Below are positions 1 to 10,692 of a stretch of 64,000 nucleotides of DNA, piece after piece. The position numbers were made by a program, and so were the translations under genes. Source of the stretch: Opitutia bacterium (GTDB lineage Bacteria > Verrucomicrobiota > Verrucomicrobiia > Opitutales > T3Sed10-336). The notes beneath the pieces are model-generated. The model was not told the origin of the DNA. It ran no database searches and saw only the letters and a list, made by a program, of their open reading frames with translations. The DNA is taken from NCBI GenBank assembly GCA_050506795.1, contig JBJHCF010000007.1, positions 75,928 to 139,927 on the forward strand. Reading direction: 5' to 3'. Within the stretch, counting starts at the first letter, position 1. Each line of letters opens with the position of its first letter.

Positions 1-90
1 TAAGGGAAATGAACGGCGGGAAACACGGCACACACGATTCGCGCAATCCGTTTGCCTCCGGACCCGATTCATGAACCATAATCCTCCGAA

Positions 91-1056
91 ATGGAAAACG
101 AAAACCAGGTTGTCCTTCTTTACTACCGGTACGTCCGGATTGAAGAACCGCACCGCTTCGCAGCGGACCACCGTCGGTTGGCTCTCAGCCTGGGGCTCAC
201 CGGACGAATCATCGTCGCCGAGGAGGGCATCAACGGCACCGTGGCGGGATCCGTCGTGGCCGCCCGCGCCTACCGCGAAGCGCTCCGCCAGGACCCGCGG
301 TTCGCCGAAATGCCCTGCAAGGAAAGCGCGGGCGACGTCGACACCTTTCCCAAACTGTCGATCAAGGTTCGATCGGAAATCGTCACGTTAGGCCTTCCGC
401 TTCCCTTCGATCCGGCACGTGACTCCGCCCCTCACCTTCCTCCCGCCGATTGGAAGCGCCTGGCGGAATCCGATCCCGATGCCGTGCTTTTCGACGCCCG
501 TAACGACTATGAGTCGGCGGTCGGCCGGTTTCGGGGCGCCATCACGCCGCCGATTGGAAATTTCCGCGAGCTTCCCGAGGCGATCGACGCCTACAAACAC
601 CTCAAGGACAAAAAGATCCTGATGTACTGCACCGGCGGCATCCGCTGCGAGAAAGCTTCCGCCCTGCTTCGTCAAAACGGCTTCCGCGAGGTCTACCAGC
701 TCGATGGGGGCATCATGAATTATGCGCGCGAACTGGGAAACGAGGACGAATTATGGGAGGGAGATTGCTTCGTTTTCGACAACCGTCTGGTCCTGCCCAT
801 CGCCACCGCCGGAGGCCGGCCGCCCGCCGGCAGATGCGCGCACAGCGGACGGCCCACCAGCCACTACCGAAACTGCCTGCACAATCCGTGCAACCGCCTT
901 TTCCTCGTTGAGGAGCGCTTTCTGGACGACAATCCACAGGCTCAGCTCTGTCCGCAATGCCTGCAAAGCGGCCTGACCCTGGATTCAGCGGTGAACAAGT
1001 CGCGGCGCCCCCACCTCACGCCGTTGTCGCGACAATCCCCCACCCCGGCTTCATGA
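91..1056 (+). CDS. trhO: Rhodanese-domain protein, tRNA uridine(34) hydroxylase TrhO/YceA family
   Basis: Motifs LLYYRY, GRIIVAEEGINGT, DARNDYE, MYCTGGIRCEKAS, QLDGGI and CFVFDNR; C-terminal Cys cluster. Confidence 0.9.
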   Translation: MENENQVVLLYYRYVRIEEPHRFAADHRRLALSLGLTGRIIVAEEGINGTVAGSVVAARAYREALRQDPRFAEMPCKESAGDVDTFPKLSIKVRSEIVTLGLPLPFDPARDSAPHLPPADWKRLAESDPDAVLFDARNDYESAVGRFRGAITPPIGNFRELPEAIDAYKHLKDKKILMYCTGGIRCEKASALLRQNGFREVYQLDGGIMNYARELGNEDELWEGDCFVFDNRLVLPIATAGGRPPAGRCAHSGRPTSHYRNCLHNPCNRLFLVEERFLDDNPQAQLCPQCLQSGLTLDSAVNKSRRPHLTPLSRQSPTPAS

Positions 1057-1451
1057 AGACCGCCACCCCAGAGCAGAGGGAACGCCTCCGCCGGCTTCGC
1101 CTGGAGCCCGACGAATTCTCCGAGTCCTTTGTACAATCCTCCGGACGCGGCGGGCAAAACGTCAACAAGGTGGCCACCTGCGTGCAGCTCACCCATATTC
1201 CGACCGGATTCTCCGTCAAATGCATGAGCCACCGCACCCAGGCCCAGAACCGGCAGGAAGCGCTGGAACGGCTCCTGGACAAAATCGAGAACCATCGCCG
1301 TGACGTGCAGCGCGAACGCCGGCAAGCGCAGGAAAAGCGAAAACGCGCCGCCCGCAAACGCCCGGCCGGGGTCAAGCGGCGCATCCTGGCCGACAAAAGG
1401 CGCCAATCGGAAAAGAAGGATCGGCGACGTAAAGTGGACGGCGGCGAATAG
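1053..1451 (+). CDS. Short release-factor-like peptidyl-tRNA hydrolase (ArfB/YaeJ-like)
   Basis: SSGRGGQNVNKV GGQ motif, HIPTG, RTQAQNR, basic C-terminal tail; ATG overlaps the trhO stop (ATGA). Confidence 0.85.
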   Translation: MKTATPEQRERLRRLRLEPDEFSESFVQSSGRGGQNVNKVATCVQLTHIPTGFSVKCMSHRTQAQNRQEALERLLDKIENHRRDVQRERRQAQEKRKRAARKRPAGVKRRILADKRRQSEKKDRRRKVDGGE

Positions 1452-1518
1452 CCCGAATTAAGACGGAATAATAGATTTGTTTCCCAACTCCAATCCCTGC
1501 AATCTCCAATCATTTCCC

Positions 1519-2187
1519 ATGCCGCACGGAAACCACTTTATCATTGTGACCATCGACGGGGGCGCCGCCGCCGGGAAATCCTCCACCGCGGGAGCACTCA
1601 GTGAGCGCCACCATCTCCTGCACGTCGACACCGGTTCCTTTTACCGCGCCGTCACCCTCTACCTGCTGAAACGGGGTCTCACTCCGGAGGACGAGGACAA
1701 GATCAGGGAGGCTCTGCAAAACCCCGCCATAACAACCCGGCTCCGAGGCCGGATGGCCCGTATCGCCATCGACGACGAAGTGCCTGGCGAAGAACTGCGC
1801 TCGCCGCAGGTCAACGAACAGGTATCACGTTTCGCTTCCCTGAGGGCGGTCCGGGAATTTCTCCTGGACTTCCAACGGGGGCACTCCAGTTTCGCTCGCG
1901 AAAACGGGTTCGATGGTCTGGTCATGGAGGGACGGGACATCGGCTCGGTGATTTTTCCCGAGGCTGATTTTCGCTTTTTCCTGGAAGCCGATCCCGACGC
2001 CCGCAACCAGCGGCGGGTCAAACAGGGCGAGCAGGACAGCATCGAAGAACGCGACCGTCTCGACACTCAACGGAAAACCGCCCCGCTCGTCTGTCCGGAA
2101 GGCGCCATCAGGATTGATACCACTCGTATGTCGCTGGAAGAGGTGATCGCCAAAGTGAGCGACATCATCGAAGGCGAAGCGCGATGA
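1519..2187 (+). CDS. cmk: Cytidylate kinase
   Basis: IDGGAAAGKSS P-loop, DTGSFYRA, MEGRDIGSVIFP, ERDRLD. Confidence 0.93.
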   Translation: MPHGNHFIIVTIDGGAAAGKSSTAGALSERHHLLHVDTGSFYRAVTLYLLKRGLTPEDEDKIREALQNPAITTRLRGRMARIAIDDEVPGEELRSPQVNEQVSRFASLRAVREFLLDFQRGHSSFARENGFDGLVMEGRDIGSVIFPEADFRFFLEADPDARNQRRVKQGEQDSIEERDRLDTQRKTAPLVCPEGAIRIDTTRMSLEEVIAKVSDIIEGEAR

Positions 2188-2819
2188 ACGCGCTGTACGA
2201 AATCGGCAAACTTCTCTCCCACTGCACGTTCGACGGGATTTACCCGGGAGACGTCGCCGGAGTGGAAAATGTGCCTCGCCGCGGACCGTTCATCCTGGCC
2301 TGCAACCACGCGAGTTTTTTCGACCCGCCCGCGATCGGCCGCATCGTCCCGAGGGAAATCGCCTATTTCGCCCGCAAGACCTTATTCAAACCGGGCCTGA
2401 TCGATCGCGTGCTGACGCGGGTCAACGCCATTCCGGTGGATCGCGACGGCGAGTCCGACATCCAGGCCATAAAAAGGGTGTTGCAGGCGCTTAAGCAGGG
2501 CCAGGGGGTCCTCTTCTTTCCGGAAGGAACCCGTTCCCCCGACGGCTCCCTGCAAGCTCCCAAGCAGGGTCTCGGGATGATCGCCTGCCGGGCGGGCGTG
2601 CCGGTGGTGCCGGCCCGGGTGTTTGGCACCTATGAAGCTTTCGGCCGGGACAGGAAAACTCCCGCCGCCGGCGGCCGGATCAGTGTCGCTTTCGCCCCGC
2701 CCCTCCGTACGGAAACGATCGATCCCGGTCCCGGCGTCAGAAACCGGTACGAAGTGGCCTCCCGCCGCATCATGGACGCCATCGCCGCCATTCCACCGCC
2801 TCACGATCCGGGAATTTAA
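2184..2819 (+). CDS. plsC: 1-acyl-sn-glycerol-3-phosphate acyltransferase
   Basis: NHASFFD (HX4D) and FPEGTRS motifs; follows cmk. Confidence 0.9.
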   Translation: MNALYEIGKLLSHCTFDGIYPGDVAGVENVPRRGPFILACNHASFFDPPAIGRIVPREIAYFARKTLFKPGLIDRVLTRVNAIPVDRDGESDIQAIKRVLQALKQGQGVLFFPEGTRSPDGSLQAPKQGLGMIACRAGVPVVPARVFGTYEAFGRDRKTPAAGGRISVAFAPPLRTETIDPGPGVRNRYEVASRRIMDAIAAIPPPHDPGI

Positions 2820-2872
2820 GGCCCGTTTTTCAGGCTCGATTCAGTTGGAATCGTCGTAAGATAATAATCCGC

Positions 2873-4222
2873 ATGAAGATTCTGATCGTCGGCGCCGGAG
2901 AGGTGGGTCGTTACCTGTGTGAAATCCTCAGCGAGGAATACCACGACGTCACCGTCATCGAAAACGATCAGGCGCTGGGCGACCAGGTCGACGAGGAGCT
3001 GAACGTTCGGGTGATCAAGGGCAACGGCAGCTCTGCCGAAGTCCTGCGGCAAGCCGGCGCGGATCAGTGCGATTATTTTCTGGCAATGACCAGCGACGAC
3101 AAAACCAATCTCATCTCCTGTTCGCTGGCCAAAGCCCTCGGCGCCGCCACCACCATCGCCCGTATTCACGACCAGACCTACTCGGACAACTCCATCATCA
3201 ATTATCAGAGCCACTTCGGAATCGATTACCTGCTCAATCCCGAAGCGCTGGCCGCCGTCGAGCTGGCCAAAAAAATCCGCAATCCCGGCCGTGTGGCGGT
3301 GGAAAATCTGGCCCGCGGTCAGATCGAGGTCCAACAGTTCCGCGTGAAAGCCAAAGCACGGGTCCTGGGCAAAAAGCTGGCCGAACTCAAACTCGATCCC
3401 CGCGTCCGCATCGGATACGTTCAGCGAGGCGACGAACAGCAGGTGGCCAACGCCCAAACCATCCTGGAGGAAAACGATTACGTGACCCTCTTCGGCCCCT
3501 CCCAAACGCTTTTCGAAATCAAGCCCCTCTTCGACCCGGACTCCGTTTCCGAAACCGTGCGCATCGTCCTTTATGGCGGCGGCGAAGCCTCCATCGCCCT
3601 GATCCGGCTCCTCACCCATCCCCGCTTCAAGATCCGTATCCTGGAGGAGAACAAAGCGCAGTGCCGGTTCCTGGCGGAGAAATTCCCCAAAGTCACAGTC
3701 ATCCAGGGCGACGCCACCTCGCTTCGCCTCCTGGAGGAGGAGCAAATCGGCAGCGCCGACTACTTCATCGCCCTGACCAAAGAGGACGAAGACAACGTCA
3801 TGACCTGTCTCCAGGCCTCCAAACTGGGCGCCCAACACACCATGCTCCTGGTTAACCGCGCCGATTACATCGAAGTCCTGGAGAGACTCAAGGGAACCCT
3901 CGGAGTCGAAATGGTGGTTTCACCGCGAATCGCCACCGCCAATGAGGTGCTGCGTTACAGCAGCCGCGAGCCCTATATCGAACTGGCCAAGCTGGCCAAC
4001 GATTGCGGGCGCATCGTGGAAATCAAGGTGGGCCCCAAAAGCCCCTGTGTGGGCAAAAAGCTCAGGGAGATTGAATGGCCCGGAGACTGCGTGATCGTCG
4101 CTTTCATTCACAAATCGGAAACCAAAGTGCCCGGAGCCGACGACGCCATCCTGGCCGGCGCCCGCATCGTCGCCATCGTTCGCAAGGAGAATATCCGCAG
4201 CCTGGTCAAGATGCTCAAATAA
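2873..4222 (+). CDS. trkA: Trk potassium uptake system NAD-binding subunit
   Basis: MKILIVGAGEVG, two RCK domains, 449 aa, adjacent to trkH. Confidence 0.93.
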   Translation: MKILIVGAGEVGRYLCEILSEEYHDVTVIENDQALGDQVDEELNVRVIKGNGSSAEVLRQAGADQCDYFLAMTSDDKTNLISCSLAKALGAATTIARIHDQTYSDNSIINYQSHFGIDYLLNPEALAAVELAKKIRNPGRVAVENLARGQIEVQQFRVKAKARVLGKKLAELKLDPRVRIGYVQRGDEQQVANAQTILEENDYVTLFGPSQTLFEIKPLFDPDSVSETVRIVLYGGGEASIALIRLLTHPRFKIRILEENKAQCRFLAEKFPKVTVIQGDATSLRLLEEEQIGSADYFIALTKEDEDNVMTCLQASKLGAQHTMLLVNRADYIEVLERLKGTLGVEMVVSPRIATANEVLRYSSREPYIELAKLANDCGRIVEIKVGPKSPCVGKKLREIEWPGDCVIVAFIHKSETKVPGADDAILAGARIVAIVRKENIRSLVKMLK

Positions 4223-4237
4223 GGCCGCCGTCACACC

Positions 4238-5713
4238 ATGAATTACCGTTTCGTCTACCGGCTTCTCAGCTTCATCCTCGGCGCCCTGGGGATCGCGTTC
4301 CTGGCTTGTCTTGGAGTGGCGTTCCTCCACCGCGGAGAACCCCTGGAGGAAACCGCCATCACCGGTTTCCAGATCAGTGCCGTCATCGCTTTCGTCGCCG
4401 GAGCCTTGTTCTATCTCGCCAGCCGGGGCGCCCCCAGTCGCATTTTCCGCAAGGAAGCCCTGTGTCTGGTGGGGATAGGATGGATACTCGCCTCCCTCAT
4501 CGGCGCCCTGCCATATTATGTCATCCTGGAGGACTGCACCGTCACCGACGCCATTTTCGAATCGACTTCGGGCATGACCACCACCGGTGCATCCACCTTC
4601 ACCAACCTGGAGGAAATGCCACGCAGCCTCCTGTTCTGGCGACAGCTCAGTCAATGGATCGGGGGCATTGGAATCGTCGTTTTCTTCGTGGCCATCCTGG
4701 GCTACCTCGGAGCGGGTGGGAAAATCCTCTTCAGTAACGAATCCACCGCCAAGACCGCGGACTTCGACCAGGGGCGGGTGCAGAGCGGAGTCATCCGTCT
4801 GTTCCTTTTGTACCTGACCCTTTCCGCAGCCTGCTGTATCTGCCTGCGGGCGGCGGGCATGGACTGGTTCGACGCCGTCTGCCACACCTTCAGCACCGTG
4901 GCCACCGGCGGGTTCAGCACCCGGTCCGACAGTATCGCCGCCTTCGACTCCGCCGCTATCGAGTGGGTGATGATCGTGTTCATGATTCTCGGCAGCGTCA
5001 GCTTTTTCTTCTTTCTCACGTTGCTGCGACGCGACTGGAGGCAAGCCATGCGCAATACCGAAGTCTTCGCCTACCTGACTATCCTCATGGTTTCCGCCGC
5101 CGCTTTGAGCGCAGTGCTCCTAATCGACGGGTCCGAAGAAAACGTTCACGGAACCTTGCGGGCCGCAGCTTTTCAAGTCGTTTCCATTGCCAGCACCAGC
5201 GGGTTCACCACCGCCGACTACAACCAATGGCCGGTTTTCGGACGCGCTTTGTTGCTTGCCCTGATGCTTATCGGCGGCTGCGCCTCCTCAACCGCCGGCG
5301 GCGCCAAAGTCATACGGGTCGTCGTCGCGCTGCGCATTTGTCTAACCAGCGTCGAAAAAGCATTCCGCACCCGGGTGGTGCGCACGGTCATGGCCAACGG
5401 AAAACCGATCGATCAAGGCACCCGCGAGAATATTCTCCTCTATATGACCTTGCTGGTCTTGCTCCTGCTGGGAGCCATTCCCGTCTTCGCGCTGTTCGAA
5501 CCCGGCCACACTCTGGAAGGTTGCATCTCCGTGGTCATTTCCTGCCTGTTCAATGTCGGTCCCGGCTTCGCCGAGATCGGCCCCACCGAAACCTACGGAG
5601 AAGTCGGAGGGCCCGCCAAAATCCTGCTGTCGCTCCTCATGATCATGGGCCGTATCGAACTCTTCGCCATCCTGGTGCTGTTCTCTCCGGCACTGTGGAG
5701 GAAACTCTCCTGA
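4238..5713 (+). CDS. trkH: Trk potassium uptake membrane subunit
   Basis: FESTSGMTTTGAS, STVATGGFS, GGCASSTAGG, NVGPG and GRIE motifs; multiple TM segments. Confidence 0.93.
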   Translation: MNYRFVYRLLSFILGALGIAFLACLGVAFLHRGEPLEETAITGFQISAVIAFVAGALFYLASRGAPSRIFRKEALCLVGIGWILASLIGALPYYVILEDCTVTDAIFESTSGMTTTGASTFTNLEEMPRSLLFWRQLSQWIGGIGIVVFFVAILGYLGAGGKILFSNESTAKTADFDQGRVQSGVIRLFLLYLTLSAACCICLRAAGMDWFDAVCHTFSTVATGGFSTRSDSIAAFDSAAIEWVMIVFMILGSVSFFFFLTLLRRDWRQAMRNTEVFAYLTILMVSAAALSAVLLIDGSEENVHGTLRAAAFQVVSIASTSGFTTADYNQWPVFGRALLLALMLIGGCASSTAGGAKVIRVVVALRICLTSVEKAFRTRVVRTVMANGKPIDQGTRENILLYMTLLVLLLLGAIPVFALFEPGHTLEGCISVVISCLFNVGPGFAEIGPTETYGEVGGPAKILLSLLMIMGRIELFAILVLFSPALWRKLS

Positions 5714-5859
5714 CGGCGATGCGTTCCCGTCACCGGCGACCGGCGCTGGACCTATAAGACGAATTAAATGCGATATATCCCGAACTTAACCGGGTCTTAT
5801 CGATTAAGCAATTCCTGCGCACCATTGGGCAACCGACGCCAAGCTGGTCAGCTCCAAAA

Positions 5860-8800
5860 ATGGGATCATACGACGAAGCAGTCGCCATGATTCATAAACC
5901 AGAACTTCCCACGACCCCCGAGCGGGTCACTCTCGACGCCAATGATGCGGTCGCATCGGTCGCCTACCGGCTGAACGACGCTTTCGCTATTTACCCGATT
6001 ACGCCTTCGACGCCCATGGCGGAAGCCGCGGATCAATGGACGGCCCAGGACCGTCGCAACATCTGGGGGCAGATTCCCCAAGTGGTTGAAATGCAGTCCG
6101 AAGGCGGCGCCGCCGGCGCCTTGCACGGTTTGCTTCAATCGGGCGCCCTGGCATCCTCCTTCACCTCTTCCCAGGGGCTGCTGCTGATGATCCCCAATCT
6201 CTACAAGATCGCCGGCGAACTCACTCCTTTCTGTCTGCACGTGGCCGCCCGCAGCCTCGCCACCCACGCCCTGTCTATCTTCGGCGACCATTCCGACGTC
6301 ATGGCCTGCCGTCAGACCGGGTTCGCCCTGCTCTCCGCCGGTTCTCCCCAGGAAGCCCAGGACTTCGCCTGCATCGCCCAGACAGCCACTCTGAAAAGCC
6401 GCGTGCCTTTCCTTCATTTCTTCGACGGTTTCCGCACTTCGCACGAGGTCAACGCGGTGACACCGCTGAGCGACGACAACCTGCGCGCCATGATCGACTT
6501 TGCCGACGTGCTGGCGCACCGGAGCCGCGCGCTGACGCCGGACCGGCCCGTTTTGCGCGGCACCGCACAAAACCCCGATGTCTTTTTCCAGGCACGTGAA
6601 GCGGCCAACCTTTACTACGACCAAACCGCGGAAATCGTCCAGCAAACCATGGAACGCTTCTCCGGTCTCACCGGACGCACCTACCGGCTTTTCGATTATG
6701 AGGGCGATCCCGAGGCGGAGAAAGTCGTCATCATCATGGGTTCGGGCGGGGAAACCGTTGCCGAGACCGTGGCCTGGATGCGAGAAAAGGGCGAGAAGGT
6801 CGGCGTCCTGCGGGTCCGCCTGTTCCGGCCGTTCTCGATCGAACATTTCATCCACGCCTTGCCGGAATCCGTCCGCGCCATCGCCGTGCTCGACCGCACC
6901 AAGGAACCGGGAGCGATCGGCGAGCCGCTCTATCAGGATGTGGTCACCGCCCTGCGCGAAGGCGCCGCCGACAGCCCTCTGGCCAAAGCCACCGTCATCG
7001 GCGGCCGGTACGGACTCGGCTCCAAGGAGTTCACTCCGGCCATGGTCAAGGCCGTATTCGACCAACTCGACCAGGAATCGCCAAAAAACCACTTCTCGTT
7101 GGGCATTGTCGACGACGTCACGCATCGGTCACTGCCCTGGGACACCGAACTCGATATCGAATCTCCCGACGTCAACCGGGCGCTCTTCTACGGACTCGGC
7201 TCCGACGGCACCGTGGGCGCCAACAAGAACACGGTGAAGATCATCGGAGAGGAAACCGACAACTACGCCCAGGGATATTTCGTCTACGACTCGAAAAAGT
7301 CGGGCGCAATGACGATTTCCCACCTGAGATTCAGTCCTCGTCCCATCCGCGCGCCGTACCTGATCCGTACGGCGGACTTCGTCGCCTGTCACCATTTCCC
7401 CTTCCTGCGGCAATTCGACATCCTGCAGAGCGCGGCGCCCGGCGCCACCTTCCTGCTCAACGCACCGGGTGACCCGGACAAGGTCTGGGACCGGCTGCCC
7501 CGGGAGGTCCAGGAATCCATCGTCGAAAAAAAGCTCCGCCTGTACGCCATCGACGCCTACAAGGTTGCGCGCGAAGCCGGCATGGGCGGCCGCACAAACA
7601 TCATCATGCAGGTTTGCTTCTTCGCCCTTTCCGGCGTCCTTCCCAGGGAAACCGCGCTGGAGAAGATCAAGGAGAGCATTGTCAAAACCTACGGATCCAA
7701 GGGCCAGAAGGTCGTGGAAAAGAATCTCGTCGCGGTGGATTCCACCCTGGCTTCCCTGCGTGAGATTTCCATTCCCGACGACCGGATCCAGGGGAAAAAG
7801 AGGCCGCCGGCCATTGCCGAGGAAGCACCCGAATTCCTCCAGCGGGTCACCGCGGTTATGATGGCCAACCGCGGGGACCTCCTCCCGGTAAGCGTATTTC
7901 CGGTCGACGGCACCTGGCCGACCGCCACCTCCAAGTGGGAGCGGCGCAACCTGGCGACCCACATCCCGGTGTGGGATACGGACCTCTGCATCCAGTGCAA
8001 CAAATGCGTCATGGCCTGCCCCCACGCCACCATCCGGGCCAAGTTCTTTCCGGAGTCCGAACTCGAGGGGGCTCCGGCCACCTTCAAGTCCACCGCCTTC
8101 CGGTCCCGCGACTTCCCCGACCACCTTTACAGTCTCCAGGTGGCGCCCGAAGACTGCACCGGTTGTGAGCTCTGCGTCCATGTTTGCCCGGCCAAAGACA
8201 AGGCCGATCCAAGCCGAAAAGCCATCAACATGGAGCCCCAGCCGGAACTGGTGGCGGCGGAACGTGAAAACTACGACTTCTTCCTGCAGATTAAGTCCCC
8301 CGACCGCACCAAGGTGCCGGGCGACGTCAAACACAGCCAGTTTCTGGATCCGCTTTTCGAGTACTCCGGCGCCTGCGCCGGTTGCGGCGAAACACCCTAC
8401 ATCAAGCTGCTCACCCAGCTCTTCGGCGACCGCTCGGTCATCACCAACGCCACAGGCTGCTCCTCGATTTACGGCGGCAATCTTCCGACCACACCTTACA
8501 CGGTCGATGGCGCCGGTCGCGGTCCGGCCTGGTCCAATTCCCTCTTCGAGGACAATGCCGAATTCGGCCTCGGTATAAGGGTGGGCATCGATCAAAGAGT
8601 TGCCGAGATCCGCGACTTGTTACCGGATGTGGCCTCAGCCTTGGGAGACGACCTGGTAAAGGCGCTCCTCGATGCCGACCAAAGCACCGAAAGCGGCATC
8701 GCCAACCAGCGCGAACGGGTTGCCCAGGCCCGGGAACGGCTACGCGGAATCCCCGATGAAAAACGCGGTCGCATCGATCCGCTGCTGGACTACCTGGTGC

Positions 8801-9495
8801 GGAAAAACGTCTGGATTCTCGGCGGCGACGGATGGGCTTACGATATCGGCTACGGCGGACTCGACCACGTGTTGTCCACCGGCCGCGACGTCAATATCCT
8901 GGTGATGGATACCGAGGTTTACTCCAACACCGGAGGCCAATGCTCCAAGTCCACCCCCATGGGCGCGGCCGCCAAGTTCTTCGTCAAGGGCAAACCGCTG
9001 CCCAAAAAGGATCTCGGACTCATCGCCATGACATACGGCTCGGTCTACGTCGCCCGCATCGCCATGGGGGCCAAAGACAGTCAGACCTTGCAGGCCTTGA
9101 AGGAGGCCGAATCCTTCCCGGGCCCGTCCCTGATTATCGCCTACAGTCACTGTATCGCCCACGGGTACAGCCTGTTCAATGGCATGGAACAGCAAAAACT
9201 CGCGGTCCAATCTGGCGCCTGGCCGATCTTCCGGTACGACCCGCGCCGGAGCGATGCCGGACGGCACCCGCTCCAGCTCGACTCGCGCGCTCCGTCGATT
9301 CCGTTGACCGACTACACCGGGAACGAACTTCGATTCCGGGCCGCCGGCCGGAGCGATCCGGAACGGGCCGAACGGATGACCCAGGCGGCGCAGGCGCACG
9401 TCAAAGCGCACTTCCGCCTCTACGAACAGCTGGCTGAATCCTCCTTCGGCATAATCCAGGAAAACCAGGGGAATGGTCAGGGCAAAACCACCTGA
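5860..9495 (+). CDS. nifJ: Pyruvate:ferredoxin/flavodoxin oxidoreductase (alternative start 5887)
   Basis: YPITPST, EMQSEGGAAGA, two CxxCxxCxxxCP ferredoxin motifs, GACAGCGET, GGDGWAYDIG. Confidence 0.96.
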   Translation: MGSYDEAVAMIHKPELPTTPERVTLDANDAVASVAYRLNDAFAIYPITPSTPMAEAADQWTAQDRRNIWGQIPQVVEMQSEGGAAGALHGLLQSGALASSFTSSQGLLLMIPNLYKIAGELTPFCLHVAARSLATHALSIFGDHSDVMACRQTGFALLSAGSPQEAQDFACIAQTATLKSRVPFLHFFDGFRTSHEVNAVTPLSDDNLRAMIDFADVLAHRSRALTPDRPVLRGTAQNPDVFFQAREAANLYYDQTAEIVQQTMERFSGLTGRTYRLFDYEGDPEAEKVVIIMGSGGETVAETVAWMREKGEKVGVLRVRLFRPFSIEHFIHALPESVRAIAVLDRTKEPGAIGEPLYQDVVTALREGAADSPLAKATVIGGRYGLGSKEFTPAMVKAVFDQLDQESPKNHFSLGIVDDVTHRSLPWDTELDIESPDVNRALFYGLGSDGTVGANKNTVKIIGEETDNYAQGYFVYDSKKSGAMTISHLRFSPRPIRAPYLIRTADFVACHHFPFLRQFDILQSAAPGATFLLNAPGDPDKVWDRLPREVQESIVEKKLRLYAIDAYKVAREAGMGGRTNIIMQVCFFALSGVLPRETALEKIKESIVKTYGSKGQKVVEKNLVAVDSTLASLREISIPDDRIQGKKRPPAIAEEAPEFLQRVTAVMMANRGDLLPVSVFPVDGTWPTATSKWERRNLATHIPVWDTDLCIQCNKCVMACPHATIRAKFFPESELEGAPATFKSTAFRSRDFPDHLYSLQVAPEDCTGCELCVHVCPAKDKADPSRKAINMEPQPELVAAERENYDFFLQIKSPDRTKVPGDVKHSQFLDPLFEYSGACAGCGETPYIKLLTQLFGDRSVITNATGCSSIYGGNLPTTPYTVDGAGRGPAWSNSLFEDNAEFGLGIRVGIDQRVAEIRDLLPDVASALGDDLVKALLDADQSTESGIANQRERVAQARERLRGIPDEKRGRIDPLLDYLVRKNVWILGGDGWAYDIGYGGLDHVLSTGRDVNILVMDTEVYSNTGGQCSKSTPMGAAAKFFVKGKPLPKKDLGLIAMTYGSVYVARIAMGAKDSQTLQALKEAESFPGPSLIIAYSHCIAHGYSLFNGMEQQKLAVQSGAWPIFRYDPRRSDAGRHPLQLDSRAPSIPLTDYTGNELRFRAAGRSDPERAERMTQAAQAHVKAHFRLYEQLAESSFGIIQENQGNGQGKTT

Positions 9496-9550
9496 TCGCG
9501 CCCGCACGAACGAACCAATAACTGAAATCAACCAAAAAAATCTTCGGAAA

Positions 9551-10543
9551 ATGAATCTTGAAACCGACTATCTCGGACTGAAACTGGCCCACCCGATTCT
9601 TCCCGGCGCCTCACCCCTGGTGGATAAAATCGACCGGGTGCGCCGTCTGGAAGATGCCGGAGCCCCGGCCATTGTCATGCACTCGCTCTTCGAGGAGCAG
9701 ATCGAGTTCGACCAGAACGCTCGCCATTTCCACCGCGACCGTCACGAGGAATCGTTCGGTGAGGCGACGTCCTACTTTCCGGACGACGACGAATTCGCCC
9801 TCGGTCCCGATGAATATCTCAAACAGATAGAACGGATCCGCGACGCCGTCTCGGTGCCGGTGATCGGTTCCCTCAACGGGGTACGCCTCGGCGGTTGGGT
9901 GGATTACGCCAACATGATTCAGAAGGCCGGCGCCGCCGCCCTGGAATTGAACATGTACTTTCTTCCGACCGACCCGTCCGAGTCGGCGGCGGATATCGAA
10001 CGTCGCATGCTGGAGATCGTGCGAGCGGTGAAAGGCAATATCGACATTCCCCTGGCGGTAAAACTCTCGCCCTTTTTCTCGTCATTGCCCCACTTCGTTC
10101 AGGAACTGGAGGTCATCGGTGTGGACGGGATCGTTCTCTTCAACCGATTCTACCAACCCGACATCGACATCAACAGCCTGGAAGTCACTCCCAGCCTGGA
10201 ACTGTCCCACTCCTCCGAATTGCGGCAGCGCCTGCGATGGCTGGCCATCCTCTTCGGACAAACCAAAGCCACGTTGATCGCCAGCGGCGGGGTCCACAAA
10301 ACCCAGGACGTTATCAAAGCCATCATGGCCGGCGCCGGCGGGGTGCAGGTGGTCTCGTCCCTGCTGAAATTCGGTCCGGAACACTTGCAGACCCTGATCA
10401 AGGGATTCACCTCCTGGATGGAGCAACGGGAATACGACTCCCTCCAGCGCCTGCGCGGCAGCATGAGCCTTCATCGCGCGCCCAACCCCGAAGCCCTGGA
10501 GCGGGCCAATTACCTGCGCATGCTGCAGGTCTGGAGAACCTAG
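9551..10543 (+). CDS. Dihydroorotate dehydrogenase-like FMN protein (nifJ-associated)
   Basis: YLGLKLAHP, SLFEEQ, PVIGSLN, VKLSP, FNRFYQPD, SGGVH; ends ERANY. Confidence 0.85.
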   Translation: MNLETDYLGLKLAHPILPGASPLVDKIDRVRRLEDAGAPAIVMHSLFEEQIEFDQNARHFHRDRHEESFGEATSYFPDDDEFALGPDEYLKQIERIRDAVSVPVIGSLNGVRLGGWVDYANMIQKAGAAALELNMYFLPTDPSESAADIERRMLEIVRAVKGNIDIPLAVKLSPFFSSLPHFVQELEVIGVDGIVLFNRFYQPDIDINSLEVTPSLELSHSSELRQRLRWLAILFGQTKATLIASGGVHKTQDVIKAIMAGAGGVQVVSSLLKFGPEHLQTLIKGFTSWMEQREYDSLQRLRGSMSLHRAPNPEALERANYLRMLQVWRT

Positions 10544-10692
10544 CAACTTCCCATCAGGACCTACCATCCAACGACCGGACTTCCCGCGCGCGGCATGCCG
10601 GGAGGTCCGGTTCGCTTTGAATTTCTCTTACCCCCGTCCTTTTTCATTGATTCCCAGTCCTGCGATGGTTACACAAAATCAAACCGCGCAGC

